Source: Priapulus caudatus (Eukaryota). Taken from it: 64,000 nucleotides of DNA. Positions 41,379-54,617 of the stretch are shown one piece after another (within the stretch, counting starts at the first letter, position 1; each line of letters starts with the position of its first letter). Made by a program: the position numbers and the translations under genes. The notes under the pieces are model-generated. The model was given only the letters and a program-made list of their open reading frames with translations, searched no databases and had not been told where the DNA came from. The stretch is from contig NW_014577065.1 in assembly GCF_000485595.1 (NCBI RefSeq), forward strand, positions 986,938 to 1,050,937, read 5' to 3'.

Positions 41379-44300
41379 TCCTCCTCTGATCAATGCTTCT
41401 GTACGTTACATCAGCGGCACAGCGTGACACCGGCGACCTTATTGGACAGCGGCCTGGCCTGCTCGACCCGTGCGATCAATACGCGTATGCGAAGCTGCCG
41501 CACTGAAGCTGATTCGCTGCCATGCCGATACATCGTTCACCTATGACTCTAGTGGCGTGACCCCATTGGCTGCGTGCGCATCTGCTAGCGGTGTCGCTGA
41601 CCAGGGTGCGTGAGCGTGCCGGCAGCAGGAGATGCGTGTAGCTGCTGATGTACGCGTGCTTTCCCCATGCATCCGGCTTCTCCCAGCGACCCGCGCCGCG
41701 TTGTCGCTGCGTGTTTGCCTTCAGTTCTGCTGTCACTGGTTTCTCTTGATTGACCTCTCCGTATTTGCGAAGGCCGGATCGTTTTACAGCCGGCGATGTC
41801 CATTTACCTAATATAAGTCAGCGTAGCGTGTACGGACAGACAAGCGCTGTTTGTCCAACCGGCGCAATAATAAACACAGTAGCGTGGGCCAGCCTAATTG
41901 ATGTCCAATGCCGAGTACCATCGTCGGCTGGAACTCTCTGACCACCTTCCTTTCAAACCTCAGCTTCTTGCGTTTCGCTCTTTCGTCCATAGTGACGTGC
42001 ACCTGTCCTTTAATCGGTCCGGCGCTGGTTTACCCTGGTGTCCCTCTTATGCTTGACGTGTGAGAAGGTGGTTGCTGATTGGGCGGCATGCGTGGCGAGC
42101 ACTCCCAATGTGGAATGATTGTCGTTTGTTTGAATGACTAAATAACTGCCTGAATAACTGGCTAGCAAACTGTCCGTCTCGCTCGGTGATGGATGAACCG
42201 ACACACGGATTGCCAGACCGTCATACGAAAAAAATCATTTTAATTATAAAAGATAATGCCCCATGCCAATTGTTTCTGAGAATGTCACCGTGCCGTTTTC
42301 TACTGATGTAGTTGAAAGGATTTCATAAAATCGTCCAGTAAGCATGACGTCGTGTTTTGTGCAAAATTCACGATGGATACTTCCATCGCCTCAAAAGAAT
42401 GGCTCTTATTCTGCTCTGCTACTCAGCATTCGCGTCATTCTACTGTCACTAACAAATGTTAACTATCAGTACGAACAACGTTCGACATTTCACGAACGCG
42501 GTTTTTCGAAAATGCCTGGTCATGCAGAGTCGCTCTTCGTACGGTTTCCGTGCCTGCAATGCACGTTGATAATCAGGCCGAGGAAGGTAGACACTATCGA
42601 TTCGGTTGCTAGCGTGCTAACGTTATACGTATGCCGGGTGGGCGGGGCTTCACCTGAAAAGGAGGCGGGATCAAATTTAACCAGGTGTTCGTTTCGCTCG
42701 CAATATACTCGCTGGTGTAATGGCGGACTCTCTAAGTTGCGCCTCTATCTATCCACGGTCAGAGATCCTAGACTCATTGTCATGAACACCACCAATAGAT
42801 TATGTATAATAATGTCATAATTTTACATGGCTCTTCACTTCAAGCGTTTTGACATTTTAGACCAGAGCCCTAGGGGTAGGGAAGAAGAGACCACATGCAG
42901 GTACGGTCTCATAACTAGTTATTGTGTTTGTGACAACAACCCTTGACATCAGACTGTATCTAGGCAAGGCTCGAATTAGCGTAAATTAAAGAACAAATTC
43001 TGTAATAGTGAGTTGCGCGTTTAAGCGCTTTAGATGGCGTTTAAAATTTTCTGTGTCACGGGGTTTGTTTGAAAAATCTAACCAGCTGTTGTGGAGAAGT
43101 GACTGATACAAGTTGATAGCTCGCATGCAACCCATGCATGTCTTTACACCGTGTGTGGAGTTATTGGAGAACAGTTTGTGACTCGAATGGACCTGCAAGA
43201 TTTCGCTGACCGAGGCCTCATAACCTACTGACCAGCATGTTATCTCCCTCTGCCTCTCGGTCCGGTCCTCGCTGAATGGATAGCGTTCGGTTTTTACCAT
43301 GATAATGAAATTCTGACTGTCCTGAGTTTCTAAAGCAAACCAGAAGCTGCAGAATCGCAGCTGAACCCAGTTGCGCCCGAAGAAATGATAATTATAATTA
43401 ATTTACTAATTAGATACGTTCAGCACGATTACAATTTGCATTAATTGCCAATAATTAAAATTTGCGCGTAATACATTTTCGTGGACGGCAGGTTTGTTGG
43501 TAATACTTTCCATATTGTTCCCTCATTATGAAACCATATTATGTATGAGACGGATCATGCAAGCATCTCTTTACTTTTTCGTCGTGGATTTTTTTTTCGG
43601 CTATCGGTGAGTGGTGAAAAGTGCGTTTTTTCTCTCACGGAACATGCCGTCTGCAAATTTACACGCATCATTTATCCGCACGAACAGTGTCTAACGCAAA
43701 GTGCGCTATTAAATTGTTACGTCAGCTCATTTAATTAAAATGGCCGGTGCTGTTCGCCGTACGTATATGATGCTTCTCGATGTTTCCGCAGCTGCTGATC
43801 CGGTCCTTAGAAGTTATCTCATTGAGACGCTAACCGTTATTAATCCTCCTCATCTCATGCGCCTGCCTACATCACTGCATAACCCGAGTGTATGCAGGTT
43901 GTTGGGGGGGGGGGCATTCCCTGCAATTTTCTATGAATCTGAAATACGCGTACCGCCAAGTATTTATCTATATTCGTGCTACCGCTTGGCCGTCTAGGCG
44001 TGAACACGGCACGGAAATAAATAAGTAGATTGACTATCGCATTAATTCATCTGTCGATTGAACATTTAAATAGTATAGAACTCCTATCAGCTCCGTAATT
44101 TATTATGGTGATTAATTTTGTGTTTTGCTAGTTAGGCAATCGTATATTTCTTGTAAGTGAAGTGAATTCGTGCGATTTCGGCGTTATCCATGTAATCACA
44201 CTACATATATGTTTTACAATTATCACACATGATAGAGGTTTCAAGCTAACCATATACCTCTCTGCGTGTGTTTCCATTGCACCCTTCCTCTCTTTCACAC

Positions 44301-45160
44301 ACCTGCTTACTTGCTCGCTCCCTCGCTCTATCTTTCCTCTCTCACTACTCGATAATAACTCGTGGTCCAACTTATAGACACTAACAGTTTTATAACACTA
44401 TAGTAAGTAGAATGCATCGAAGCAAAACGGCGACTGAGGGAGTTATTGTACATGTCTGTCTCTTTACGTCTATGTTTAGAACACACGTAGGGCAAACAGC
44501 TTTGATCCTGTCAGCGTATAAGTATATATAAGCTTTATATCTAAGTATTATATACCGTTCTGTCGCCTCGAACTTGGGCAAAATCTTAAGCTTTCGTGTA
44601 TGGAATTAATGCGAAAGAGCTAAATGGGTGTATACGCGTGGACGGGAAAGGCTTGCTCGCACATATGTGCGTGTACACGCGCAACGTGACCACACGGTGT
44701 AATCTCACGGCGTGACGCTTATACTGGTCGATAAGTTCGGAATATTAGCAATATTGTAAGCAAGTGCTCACATAGGAAATGCGCTGCGATCACTATGGCC
44801 GTGATCGCGTAAATGGAGTGTGTGCCTAATGGTTGAATCATGCGACGGAGTGATGTGTAATGGCCGTTACGCACTCCGACAAAATAGTTTTAATGTCACG
44901 TGGTGCTGCGCAGCCAATCGGGGGGGGGGGGCACCCGGGACAAGACATGGCGTGACAAGTGTCCACCTATTGTCGCAACCCAGTTTCAATGTCACCGCCG
45001 CTTATATAGGAAATCAGATGCTCATGTCAGGGGCTGGCGGCTGTTTGCAGTGATGGCTGGCAGTGCTACTGTCTATTGTCATGCTGCGGCTGTAATGCAA
45101 TCATTGCTATATAAAATCGGATGGCCATTTCACGCGACCGCTAGCAACGATGAATACTGT

Positions 45161-45222
45161 ACAGAAGCATGCTGCATGAAGTACGAGCAGAAGCATGCTG
45201 CATGAAGTACGAGCAGAAGCAT
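45161..45222 (+). repeat. 26-bp tandem repeat, ~2.4 copies
   Basis: CAGAAGCATGCTGCATGAAGTACGAG is repeated. Confidence 0.9.
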
Positions 45223-46444
45223 GCATGTTTCAGAAAGAATGTTGTATGATGGCTGCTACTGCTGCTGCTGCAAATATTTGTTTTTGTTGTTGTTGTTGTT
45301 GTTGTTATTGGTGGTGTTGTTGTTTTTGCTGCTTTTTTTATTGTTCCTTCAGTAGTTATTGGTACTATAATAACCCAATACAACCTATACCATAATTATA
45401 ATATAATATTATATTATATTATATTATATTATATTGTTACATGGCTGCGAGATATACCGAATTGTAATTGGTGCAGAGCAAGGGCCATGAAATTAAAACC
45501 AACATTGTCTGTTGAAAAATAAATGCTGCCCGTTGAGCGGTACGTGCTGGCACCTACAGAATGAACTCTTCCTTGCCGCTAAAAAGTATGGTTTACGTGT
45601 TATTATACATATAACAAAACGATCGAAAACCAAAACGCGTAAACTAGTGTTAAGGCAGCTGTCCTCAGTCAACATAGATTTCTCCAGTCCACATAAGTCC
45701 ATATTACCCTCGTGATCATGCAATAATTGTGTGTAATATCATATTATATACTTCGTATATATATATATATATCTATATATATATATATACATATATATAG
45801 TATTATAATAATATATTCGATATTATTGTAATGTTAGTTTTTCTCTCAGTCACCCGTACATTACTGCTGGCTCTTGCTGCTGTAGCTACGGCTGCTGTTA
45901 TTGTAGTTTCTGTTGCTGCTATAGTTGGCGGGGCCAGTGTATACGACTAGTGGACGATGGGAATTGATGCTGGCATGTCAATATATTAGCAGTGGCGTTA
46001 ATGCTGCTAATGTGGTACATGATGTCGCGATGCTGCTAGGCGGATGAGAGCATGCAGCATTTAATGTATGGGTCAGATAGAAAAGTGCCTGCGTAGACGG
46101 TTCGTCTATTATTATGACCAGCATCCTCTTAGCGTGATTCTAACGAGTTTCGACTTAATATATATATATATAGATATATATGATATTATTATGTATAATA
46201 TATATATTATATATATATATAATATATTATATAATATATATAGACTGGGTAGACTATATAGTGGGCTGTAGTGTATTTATAGGTTGCCAGTATCGAGTAG
46301 AGTCAGTAGACTATAGTATAATGAGGTGGTATATATATATGTATATATATATATATCTATATATATAAATGTATATATATATATATATATATCGCGTGCT
46401 CATATATATAATTCTAGTCGCGTGCGTCATACCCATACTTCCGC

Positions 46445-46475
<31 letters not shown>

Positions 46476-46483
46476 CGTGTGTG

Positions 46484-46522
<39 letters not shown>

Positions 46523-46544
46523 GCGTGCGTGCGTGCGTGCGTGC

Positions 46545-46589
<45 letters not shown>

Positions 46590-46857
46590 CTTGCGTGCGT
46601 GTGTTTGCGTTTGTTTGTTTGTTTGTTAGGGCGTTTGTGAAAAATGCACACACGGTATGTATCACCCCTCGACCTCGACATTACAATGACATTACAATAT
46701 ACATAATGTATAGTCTCTTCATGACTAAATGACTTTCAGGTCCTATACACACCCGGCCACTGCTCGCGCGTGTTTCTCGCGAGATTCATGATGACTTCTC
46801 GTGACCCCCTATCTTTCGCTCCCCACCCACATCGCTGGTGCGTTGCCTGTCACTGTC

Positions 46858-47078
46858 GCTGCTGCGGCTGCTGCTGATGCTGATGCTGCTGCCGCTGCCG
46901 ATGCTGCTGCTGCCGCTGCTGCTGATGCTGATGCTGCCGATGCTGCTGCTGCTGCTGATGATGCTGCTGGTGCTGCCGCCGCTGCTGCTGCTGCCGCCGC
47001 CGCTGCTGCTGCCGCCGCTGCTGCTGCTGCTGCTGCTGCAGCTGCTGCTGCTGCTGCCGCTGCTGCTGCTGCTGCCGA

Positions 47079-47110
<32 letters not shown>

Positions 47111-47193
47111 TTGCTGGCGCCGCTGCTGCTGCTGCTGCCGGTGATGCTGCTGCTGCTGTTGGTGCTGCTGCTGCCAGTGCTGCTGCTGCTGCC
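46858..47193 (+). repeat. Interrupted (CTG)n with CCG/ATG variants
   Basis: Directly visible. It is open in all six frames as poly-A/L/C/S/Q. Confidence 0.95.
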
Positions 47194-47562
47194 GGGTGTG
47201 TGAGCATACATGTGTAAGCGAATGATCCCTTGTGCGGTTCCGATGCGATCGGGTCTGCTCATATTTATTTATCCTCGTCCGTGCTATACGTTCCCCCGCT
47301 CCCACCTCGCCGTCGACGACCGTCGCCGAAAACAGAAAATGTCGGACATTCCTGCCGACGCTCCGCAATGGTTGCTGTCCGGTCGCGTCGGCCATGTTGT
47401 GCCGTGACTCGTCTGTTGCGGTAGTGGCAAATGGCGCTCTTAACGGACTCCGTGAACCCGTGAACAGCGCCTGAAAGCGCGATGCGATACGCGATACGAT
47501 ACGCCTCCATCGGTGAGGAGACGAGTGGCTTTCACGCGGCCTTTGGCTGCGCACCGAGAGCA

Positions 47563-47600
<38 letters not shown>

Positions 47601-47971
47601 GGGGAGGGGGGGGGAGCAACATCTACGTGGGTGATGGTCTTTTCAGATCTTTCGCTTAACTTTTGCCCTTTAAATAAACGCGGCGTGCGACGCAGGCGCG
47701 CCGAGCGACGTGCAAATGTCACTTGCTACGCCACTTGTTTCGCGAGCGAGTCGAGCGCGAGAGTGACTGCGGGTGCGGAGTGTATGAACCCTCGGTCGCC
47801 GCCTCGACAGATAGGCTTAAGTGCTCGGCCGCCAGGCCGCGACGGCAGCGGGGCGGAAACAAGCCGTCATTTAGGCGTAATGAAATGCGAGGTCGAGCAA
47901 GCGCGCGAAGGGGTGGGGAAAAGAGCGATATAGCGAGAGGCCGGTTATAAAAAAGAGAGAGAGGGGGCATA

Positions 47972-48026
<55 letters not shown>

Positions 48027-48974
48027 CGAGAAAGAGATAGAGCGAGAAAGTGCGAGCAAGGGCCAAAGACTGAGAGGGAAAGAGAGCGAGGTGCCGTGAG
48101 AGAGACCGAAGGCAGAGAGAACGGAGGGACAGAGTTGGAAAGTGTGCATATAAGAGAGACTTGCATAAATTTACGAGTACGTACGCTGCAGAATTTGCGT
48201 ATCGCCCGCCCGAAAATGAAGAGATCGCGCATCGACGGATTCGTGTCGCGCGACGACGACGACGACGACGACCGCGCAGTCATTCAAAAATCTGACCAAT
48301 TATTTTAATTCAATTTGCGAAGGGAAAGGCTGCGTCTAGTGCGTTTCAGCCGCCGCATTTCAAGTGTACCGTGAGGTATTCGCGCGAGAGCGAGCCGGAC
48401 AAAATGCGCAGCGCGCTGTTATTGAAATGGGCGCAATTTAAGGAGATTTGAACACAGTGACGCCTCGGCACGTATTGTATCGCTGCCTGAATACCGTTGA
48501 TTAGCTTGGCTGAGCAGATTATTATGTGCCACAATGGCCTCGGCCAGCTTGGGGGACTGGCTTTATCCACACTCAATTGACTACGGGTGTATAGCTTTGC
48601 GGGACCATTATCCCCGGGTCTGTAACGTTACCCAATAGACTCTCACGCTGATCTGGAATGCCTGCCAGCTTTGCCAGATGACCACGGCAACCCAGAGAGC
48701 AATATGGATATATGCAGAGCGGCAGCTTGTTACCGCAATCCTGTAATGGCTATAGAGCCGTGCAACCGGCTAGGCGTGACGAACACCTTTAGCTAAGGTT
48801 AGGGTTGTGGTTAGAGTTTGGCGGTCGCGCTCTGGGCCGATAGGTCAGGGCGGGCGTGCTTTTCTACCAGCTTCTCTCTTCTTTTACCTCTCTGATTCTC
48901 ATACTCCATAGGCTCTCGTACGTTCTCTCACTCTCTTTCTCTCTCTCTCTCTCTCTCTTCTCACTCGCTGTCGT

Positions 48975-48984
48975 NNNNNNNNNN
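48975..48984. other. Assembly gap (10 N)
   Basis: Run of N. Confidence 0.99.
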
Positions 48985-49691
48985 CACGCACACATACGCT
49001 CGCACGCACGCACGCACACATACGCAGCCACGCACGCACGTGGCACGCGTATGCACACGTACGTACACACGCGCACGTACTAGCTCTCACACACACGCAC
49101 GTACGCACACGCGCGCGCGCGCAAACTAGCACGCGTGCGCGCACGCTGAGATAAAAGCTCTCTTCCGTTAGCGCTGACCTAATCCAGCGCATCGTCGCAT
49201 CGATTATTGACTGATAACATAATTTAATAATATCATATAGTATCGCCGCTAATGATATATATACGCGTATCGGCGACAAGGCATTGCTGTTCACCACCAC
49301 GCTGCTGCTCGGCTAGAGGAGCCGGTTCTTCAGCCGGAAAAAAACCTCGACGCTTATTTTCTTTGGATCCTATTGCGCTATTGAAGCCGTGGGCCGTGTG
49401 AAGCTCTAACACGGCGAGCTGCTATGGCTCAGAGCCTCAGAGATGAGGAGGCAAGGTGAGACAGATGCAAATCGGCGAGTGGTTAGCTGCTGCTACGCGG
49501 TGAATGGAATGGCAGCGACGCGTTGATCGTCGCTGATTTCGCACGAAATCAAATATGAACGGCGACAAACAACCCGCTACGCGTTTTTCGCACGTCGTCT
49601 CTCTCCGAGTACGCTATACTCCGCCTGTGAGGCGGCTGCTGGCCTAGCTCTAGAACTATAGCCTTTCGCTCTGCCACCGCTTGCTGCAAGC

Positions 49692-49742
49692 AACACACAC
49701 ACACATACACACACACTCACACACTCACTCACACACATACAG

Positions 49743-49819
<77 letters not shown>

Positions 49820-50109
49820 GCACACACACACCACGCTGCGCACGCGACGAGAGAGAGAGGGATCGGACGGCGGCTGCCGCGGCGAGAGTCAGATAAAGGA
49901 AACTAGGAGAGGGAGAGCGCAGAGAGGAGAGAGGAGGTGAGAGGAGACGAGAGATAGAGAGAGCGAGGTACGAGAGGAGAAGAGAGAGAGAGAGACAGAG
50001 AGGGAGAGAGGAGGAGAGAGAGAGAGAGACGGAGAATAAAGAGAGAGAGAGAGAGGAGAGAAGAGAGAGAGGAGAGAGACACACACACACACACCACACA
50101 CACACCACA

Positions 50110-50160
<51 letters not shown>

Positions 50161-50670
50161 GAGAGAAAGAGGGAGAGGAGATGAGCGACGAGAAAAGACA
50201 GAACAGATGGAGAAGAGGACGAGAGAGACAGAGAGAGAGACAGAGAGAGAGAAGAGAGAGAGGAGAGAGAGAGAGAGTGATGATCGAGAGATAAGAGAGA
50301 GCAGAGACAGAGAGATGGACTGAGAGAGAGAGAGAGGAGAATAGACAAGAGCGAGGAGAGACAGAGAGAGAGAAAAAGAGCAGGAGAAAAGAGAGAAAGA
50401 GAGAGAGACCAGAGTCGAGAGAGATATGGGGGGGGATGGACGAGCGGAAGGAGAAGACAGAGTGATGCGGAGATAGAGAGAGGAGGCGCGGAGGGAGCTA
50501 GAGAAATCTCGTAGACAGTCAAATACGAGAGGGAGAGAGGGAGTGATAGATGTTGTGTGACGAGGAGAGAGAAATGAGAGAAAGCGAGTGGAGGAGAGAA
50601 AGGAGAGAGACGAGAGATGAGGAGAGAGAGAGAGATGACGAGAGAGAGAGAGGAGAGGCAGAGAGAGACA
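49692..50670 (+). repeat. Noisy (CA)n/(AG)n low-complexity block
   Basis: Dinucleotide tracts with frequent single-base phase breaks, consistent with uncorrected long-read sequence. Confidence 0.85.
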
Positions 50671-51148
50671 AACGCGGAGACATATATCCGCAACCCTTTC
50701 AGCCGCCGGATGCATGGAGCCACGTATCTTGCTCCGAAGCCTATTCCGGTCGACGGCTATGAAAGGGTTATTGCTGCATTAGCACCGGCACTGCCAAGCC
50801 CCACGTAAGTGGCTCGCCAATAGCGCGAGACGTGCCAGTTCTCGGAGGTCGAGGTGTGACGTACCGCGCCGTACACTGCCTCAGCACGCGGCCGCCACGG
50901 GGGAGGCTGGGAAAGGGGAGAGAGGCATGGGAGAGATGCGCCGCATACAGGTAGCAAAGCAAAAAAAGCGTGATGATGATGATGATGATGATGATGATGT
51001 TGATGTTGATGTGTGTTTGTTTGTTTGTTTGCTTTGTTTGTCTTGTGTGTGTGGTGTGTGTTGTGTGTGACGCTGCCGCGTGGGTAGTTCGCTGTGTTGT
51101 GTGTCGTGTGTGTGACTGTGTGTGTGTGTGTGTGTGTGTGTTGTGTGT

Positions 51149-51202
<54 letters not shown>

Positions 51203-51264
51203 TCGAATGAGTGTGGCAGGGAATACAAAGATTATACAGACAGAAAGAGAGAGGGGCGGACACA

Positions 51265-51500
51265 ATCTGTGCGTGCGTGCGATCTTATGTGTGCTGGCGT
51301 GCGAGCGTATGTGTGCGTACGTATCTGTGCGTGCGTGCGTACGTATGTGTGCGTGCGTGCGAGCGTATGTGTGCGTACGTATCTGTGCGTGCGTGCGATC
51401 GTATGTGTGCGGGCGTGCGAGCGTATGTGTGCGTACGTATCTGTGCGTGCGTGCGTACGTATCTGTGCGTGCGTGCGAGCGTATGTGTGCGGGCGTGCCG
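51265..51500 (+). repeat. Minisatellite of CGTATGTGTG/CGTATCTGTG plus (CGTG)n modules
   Basis: Directly visible. Confidence 0.85.
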
Positions 51501-51744
51501 TATATGTGACCTAGATAGTCGCGTCAGCCGCCCCATCTGTCCGCGCCAGCTGAGGACTCCTGCCAACAGATCTTGTCTCTGTATTGACACACGATTTCTT
51601 TACGGGCGCGCTGCGGTTTCGTGGCGCAAACTATCGAATCGTTATCCATCTCGAAAACGGCGTAATGAATAGGTTGGATGTTGTGTCTCGCCCCGGGTGA
51701 GGGGAGTGTGCGGTCCGGCCTGGCACATGCGCGTTTCCTGCTCC

Positions 51745-51804
<60 letters not shown>

Positions 51805-52206
51805 TTCTCTAACACTTCGAGTGGCGGCGAAAGAATTGGGCAAGCAAACTTGGGCGAGGTTTGTGGGCGGACCGTAGCACCGCCGATCCCCACATTCGAA
51901 AACACTCACCCGCGGGGGACACCCGAGCCGGCGTCTTATTTTGTCTATTATCGCTAGTTCAATTTCCACTTCTTCCCGCTCCGTTTAGTCGACGGCGCGT
52001 CGTGCGCTCCGTCTGGTTCCACTAGCGCTTAGCGCGATCGGGCCGTAAGCCGCTTTAATAAACACCAGGCAGGAATTGTTTATTCGCGTTTAGCCGCGGC
52101 GATGGTAGTAATTTGTCACTGCTTCGAAAAATCGGATTTTACGCGCTCGATGAGCGGGTTTTTCTGCGGCGTGGCGTGGCGTGGCTACGTCGTTACGTGG
52201 ACGGCT

Positions 52207-52278
52207 GCATGGTCGGCTTAGTGGTCAGACGGTAAGCAACTACGCAGCGACGCGCGGCTCATTCCGCGCGACAGATGC
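52207..52278 (+). pseudogene. tRNA-like sequence (tRNA pseudogene or head of a tRNA-derived SINE)
   Basis: 72 nt long, with an A-box-like CGGCTTAGTGG, a T-arm-like CGCGCGG-CTCATT-CCGCGCG (degenerate GGTTCGATTCC) and partly pairing ends GCAT.GTC / GACAGATGC. No credible anticodon arm. Confidence 0.4.
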
Positions 52279-52747
52279 GTCGCAGACATTTACTAATCCT
52301 TGGTGCTGATCGAGCAACGACTGTGGGCTCGGCGAATTTGTCGACGACGGTTATGTGAGCATTCTGCGGAAATCAGATGCCGTCTGCGGTCTGCTTTTGC
52401 GCGCGGGGTCCGTCTGGTCTAGCTTTTTTACATACCCTCTGTATTCCACACCATGTCTCCATGTCTATATTGTACTCACGGTCTCATTTTAATCCAATCG
52501 TGTATACCGTCTTTATCCCGCCTCTATCCCATACCCCCTAGCTGTTCCCCCATCTTCCGGCCCCGTCTCATTCCCACCCAATCTTACTTGTTATATTTCC
52601 CCCTTGTGCCGCCCTGCCCACTCCCATGCATGTATCAACCACATATATGGTATATGGTAACGTCATATGTGGCATCTGATCACCCCAGCGTCCTGTCTTA
52701 GCTACTTCTACATATCCTACAACCTAAATGGGGAAAAAATAATCTAG

Positions 52748-52887
52748 GGTCCGCTGTCACCAAGATATAAATAGCCATGAAATCATGTATACATTCATAA
52801 ATTACATTTAACCTTTCGTGGAATAAGTTATGATATTTTATGATTTATCGTGCCATAACTATTTATAATATCTCTGACAAGGGGACC
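52748..52887. mobile_element. Degenerate ~140 bp inverted-repeat element (old MITE?)
   Basis: GGTCCGCTGTCACCAAGATATAAATAG pairs imperfectly with CTATTTATAATATCTCTGACAAGGGGACC. No TSD seen. Confidence 0.35.
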
Positions 52888-54358
52888 GTGGTCACGATGT
52901 ATTGTACATTGTATTTACATTCTATCAAGAGCTAGGTATTATTAGCTCTTGATTCTATTATCAACGGTCAGTCAGTGCTAGAAGTTCTGTGCCGAGTTGC
53001 CTGGCCAGGGACGCGCATGCGCGAGCGTGACTATGTTCCGCGGCTGTCCGCGCACGTCAGCAGCGGAATCAGATGTTCCGATGTTTGTTTGCGCATTACG
53101 CTGTGTAAGCAAGACACTCACTCACTCAGCTCTGCCCAGCCATGCCTACTAAAGCTAACCCGCCCGTCGACGTCGTCCTCGCGACCGTATTCGTGCCTGC
53201 GCGCATGTATAATCCCGATATCCCCGGCTGCTACTACTGGCCACACACTTTCACTACGCCCTCCAACCGCGGGCAGCCGCGCGTAACCCGTGATCGGGTG
53301 GCGGCCATCACTAGTAGGAAACTGAAACTATGAGTTGAGGAGAGTCGGAGGTTGGGGAGCTCGGAGAGAGACCATGATGGATGAGGAGATGGTGGCAGGA
53401 AGGAGGAGCAGAAGAACGAGAAGAAGCGAAAGAAATGTCTGTTTGCAAACTGAGACCACGAATTGAGAACGTTCACGAGAAGAGGTTTCTGATAGACCAC
53501 TATGACGGAGTAGGAGAGGGAAGGCGTGCGGGTGGTGGTGATGGTAAAGGAGGAAAAGGAGGAGGAGGAAGAGGAGGAGGAGGAGGAAAGGGAGGAGGAA
53601 GAGAACAAGAGGACCAGCAGGTGGCGTAGAAACGGCATGTTTTGCTTTAGGTGACGACTAACTTCATCGGCTTTTTTTGCGTGACAGTCAACGTTCATAA
53701 ATTTTCTTCTGTATCTTCGATGGCCGGGACAATCTCACATAGCAACTAATCGAGCGCGTGCGATCGTTGGCAGTGAATCGGGTTAGCGACAACCGAAGAG
53801 CACATATTGGCTAACTCTGCGAACGAGTGAGTGGCACGGCGCATATCAAGCGCGGCGATAATTTGCTACGACGATCGCAAATATCACGAACGCTGCTGAC
53901 GACGTGTGGACGCCGTCGGCTGCGATCGCGTGTGTGTTATGATGATGTTCGGGCGGGTCGTCGTCGTTGGCGGTATTTTACGGCCTGGCGCAACAGCTCT
54001 ATCATTTCACACCCGCCGCTGATGTCTGTTTATGGCCGCTATCCGGTTATTTGTCACCATGCGTGGCTTCCCTGCTTGTTGTTGTCGTCGTCGTCGTCGG
54101 CGGCGGCTCGTGTGGTCAACAGCTATCGAGATAGATTCCACACTAATACATCGTCGTGCGGTGTAGGTGGTGGTCGGGATGAAACAGGGGGGCGGGGGTA
54201 GTGCGAGAAGGGCGTGCAAAAGAGAGCGAGTGGGATAGGAGAAAGCAAACAGAGAAGGCAAGGAAGGGAGAGGGAAACAGAGAAGGCGAAGAAAGGGGGT
54301 GAGAGAGAGGGGGACATTAAAATAAAGAGAGAGCGAAAGAAAGAGAGAGGGCGAAAAA

Positions 54359-54391
<33 letters not shown>

Positions 54392-54583
54392 AAATAAATA
54401 AATATATTATATATTATATATATATATATATATATAATAATAAGACGAGAGAGAGAGAGAATGAGATGAGATGAGATTGAGAGAGAGAGAAGCGAGAGGA
54501 GAGAAAGAGTCGAGAAGATGAGAGAGAAGGTAGAGAGACGAGAGAGAGAGAGAGTAGGAGAGAAGTTAGAGAGCAAGAGATTA

Positions 54584-54617
<34 letters not shown>

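Noticed and set aside
46850..47722. 290-aa minus-strand ORF with a poly-Q tail, resembling a transcription factor
   Set aside because: Its length comes from (CAG)n and (CT)n repeats. The non-repeat part has no recognisable domain, and the repeat is open in all frames.
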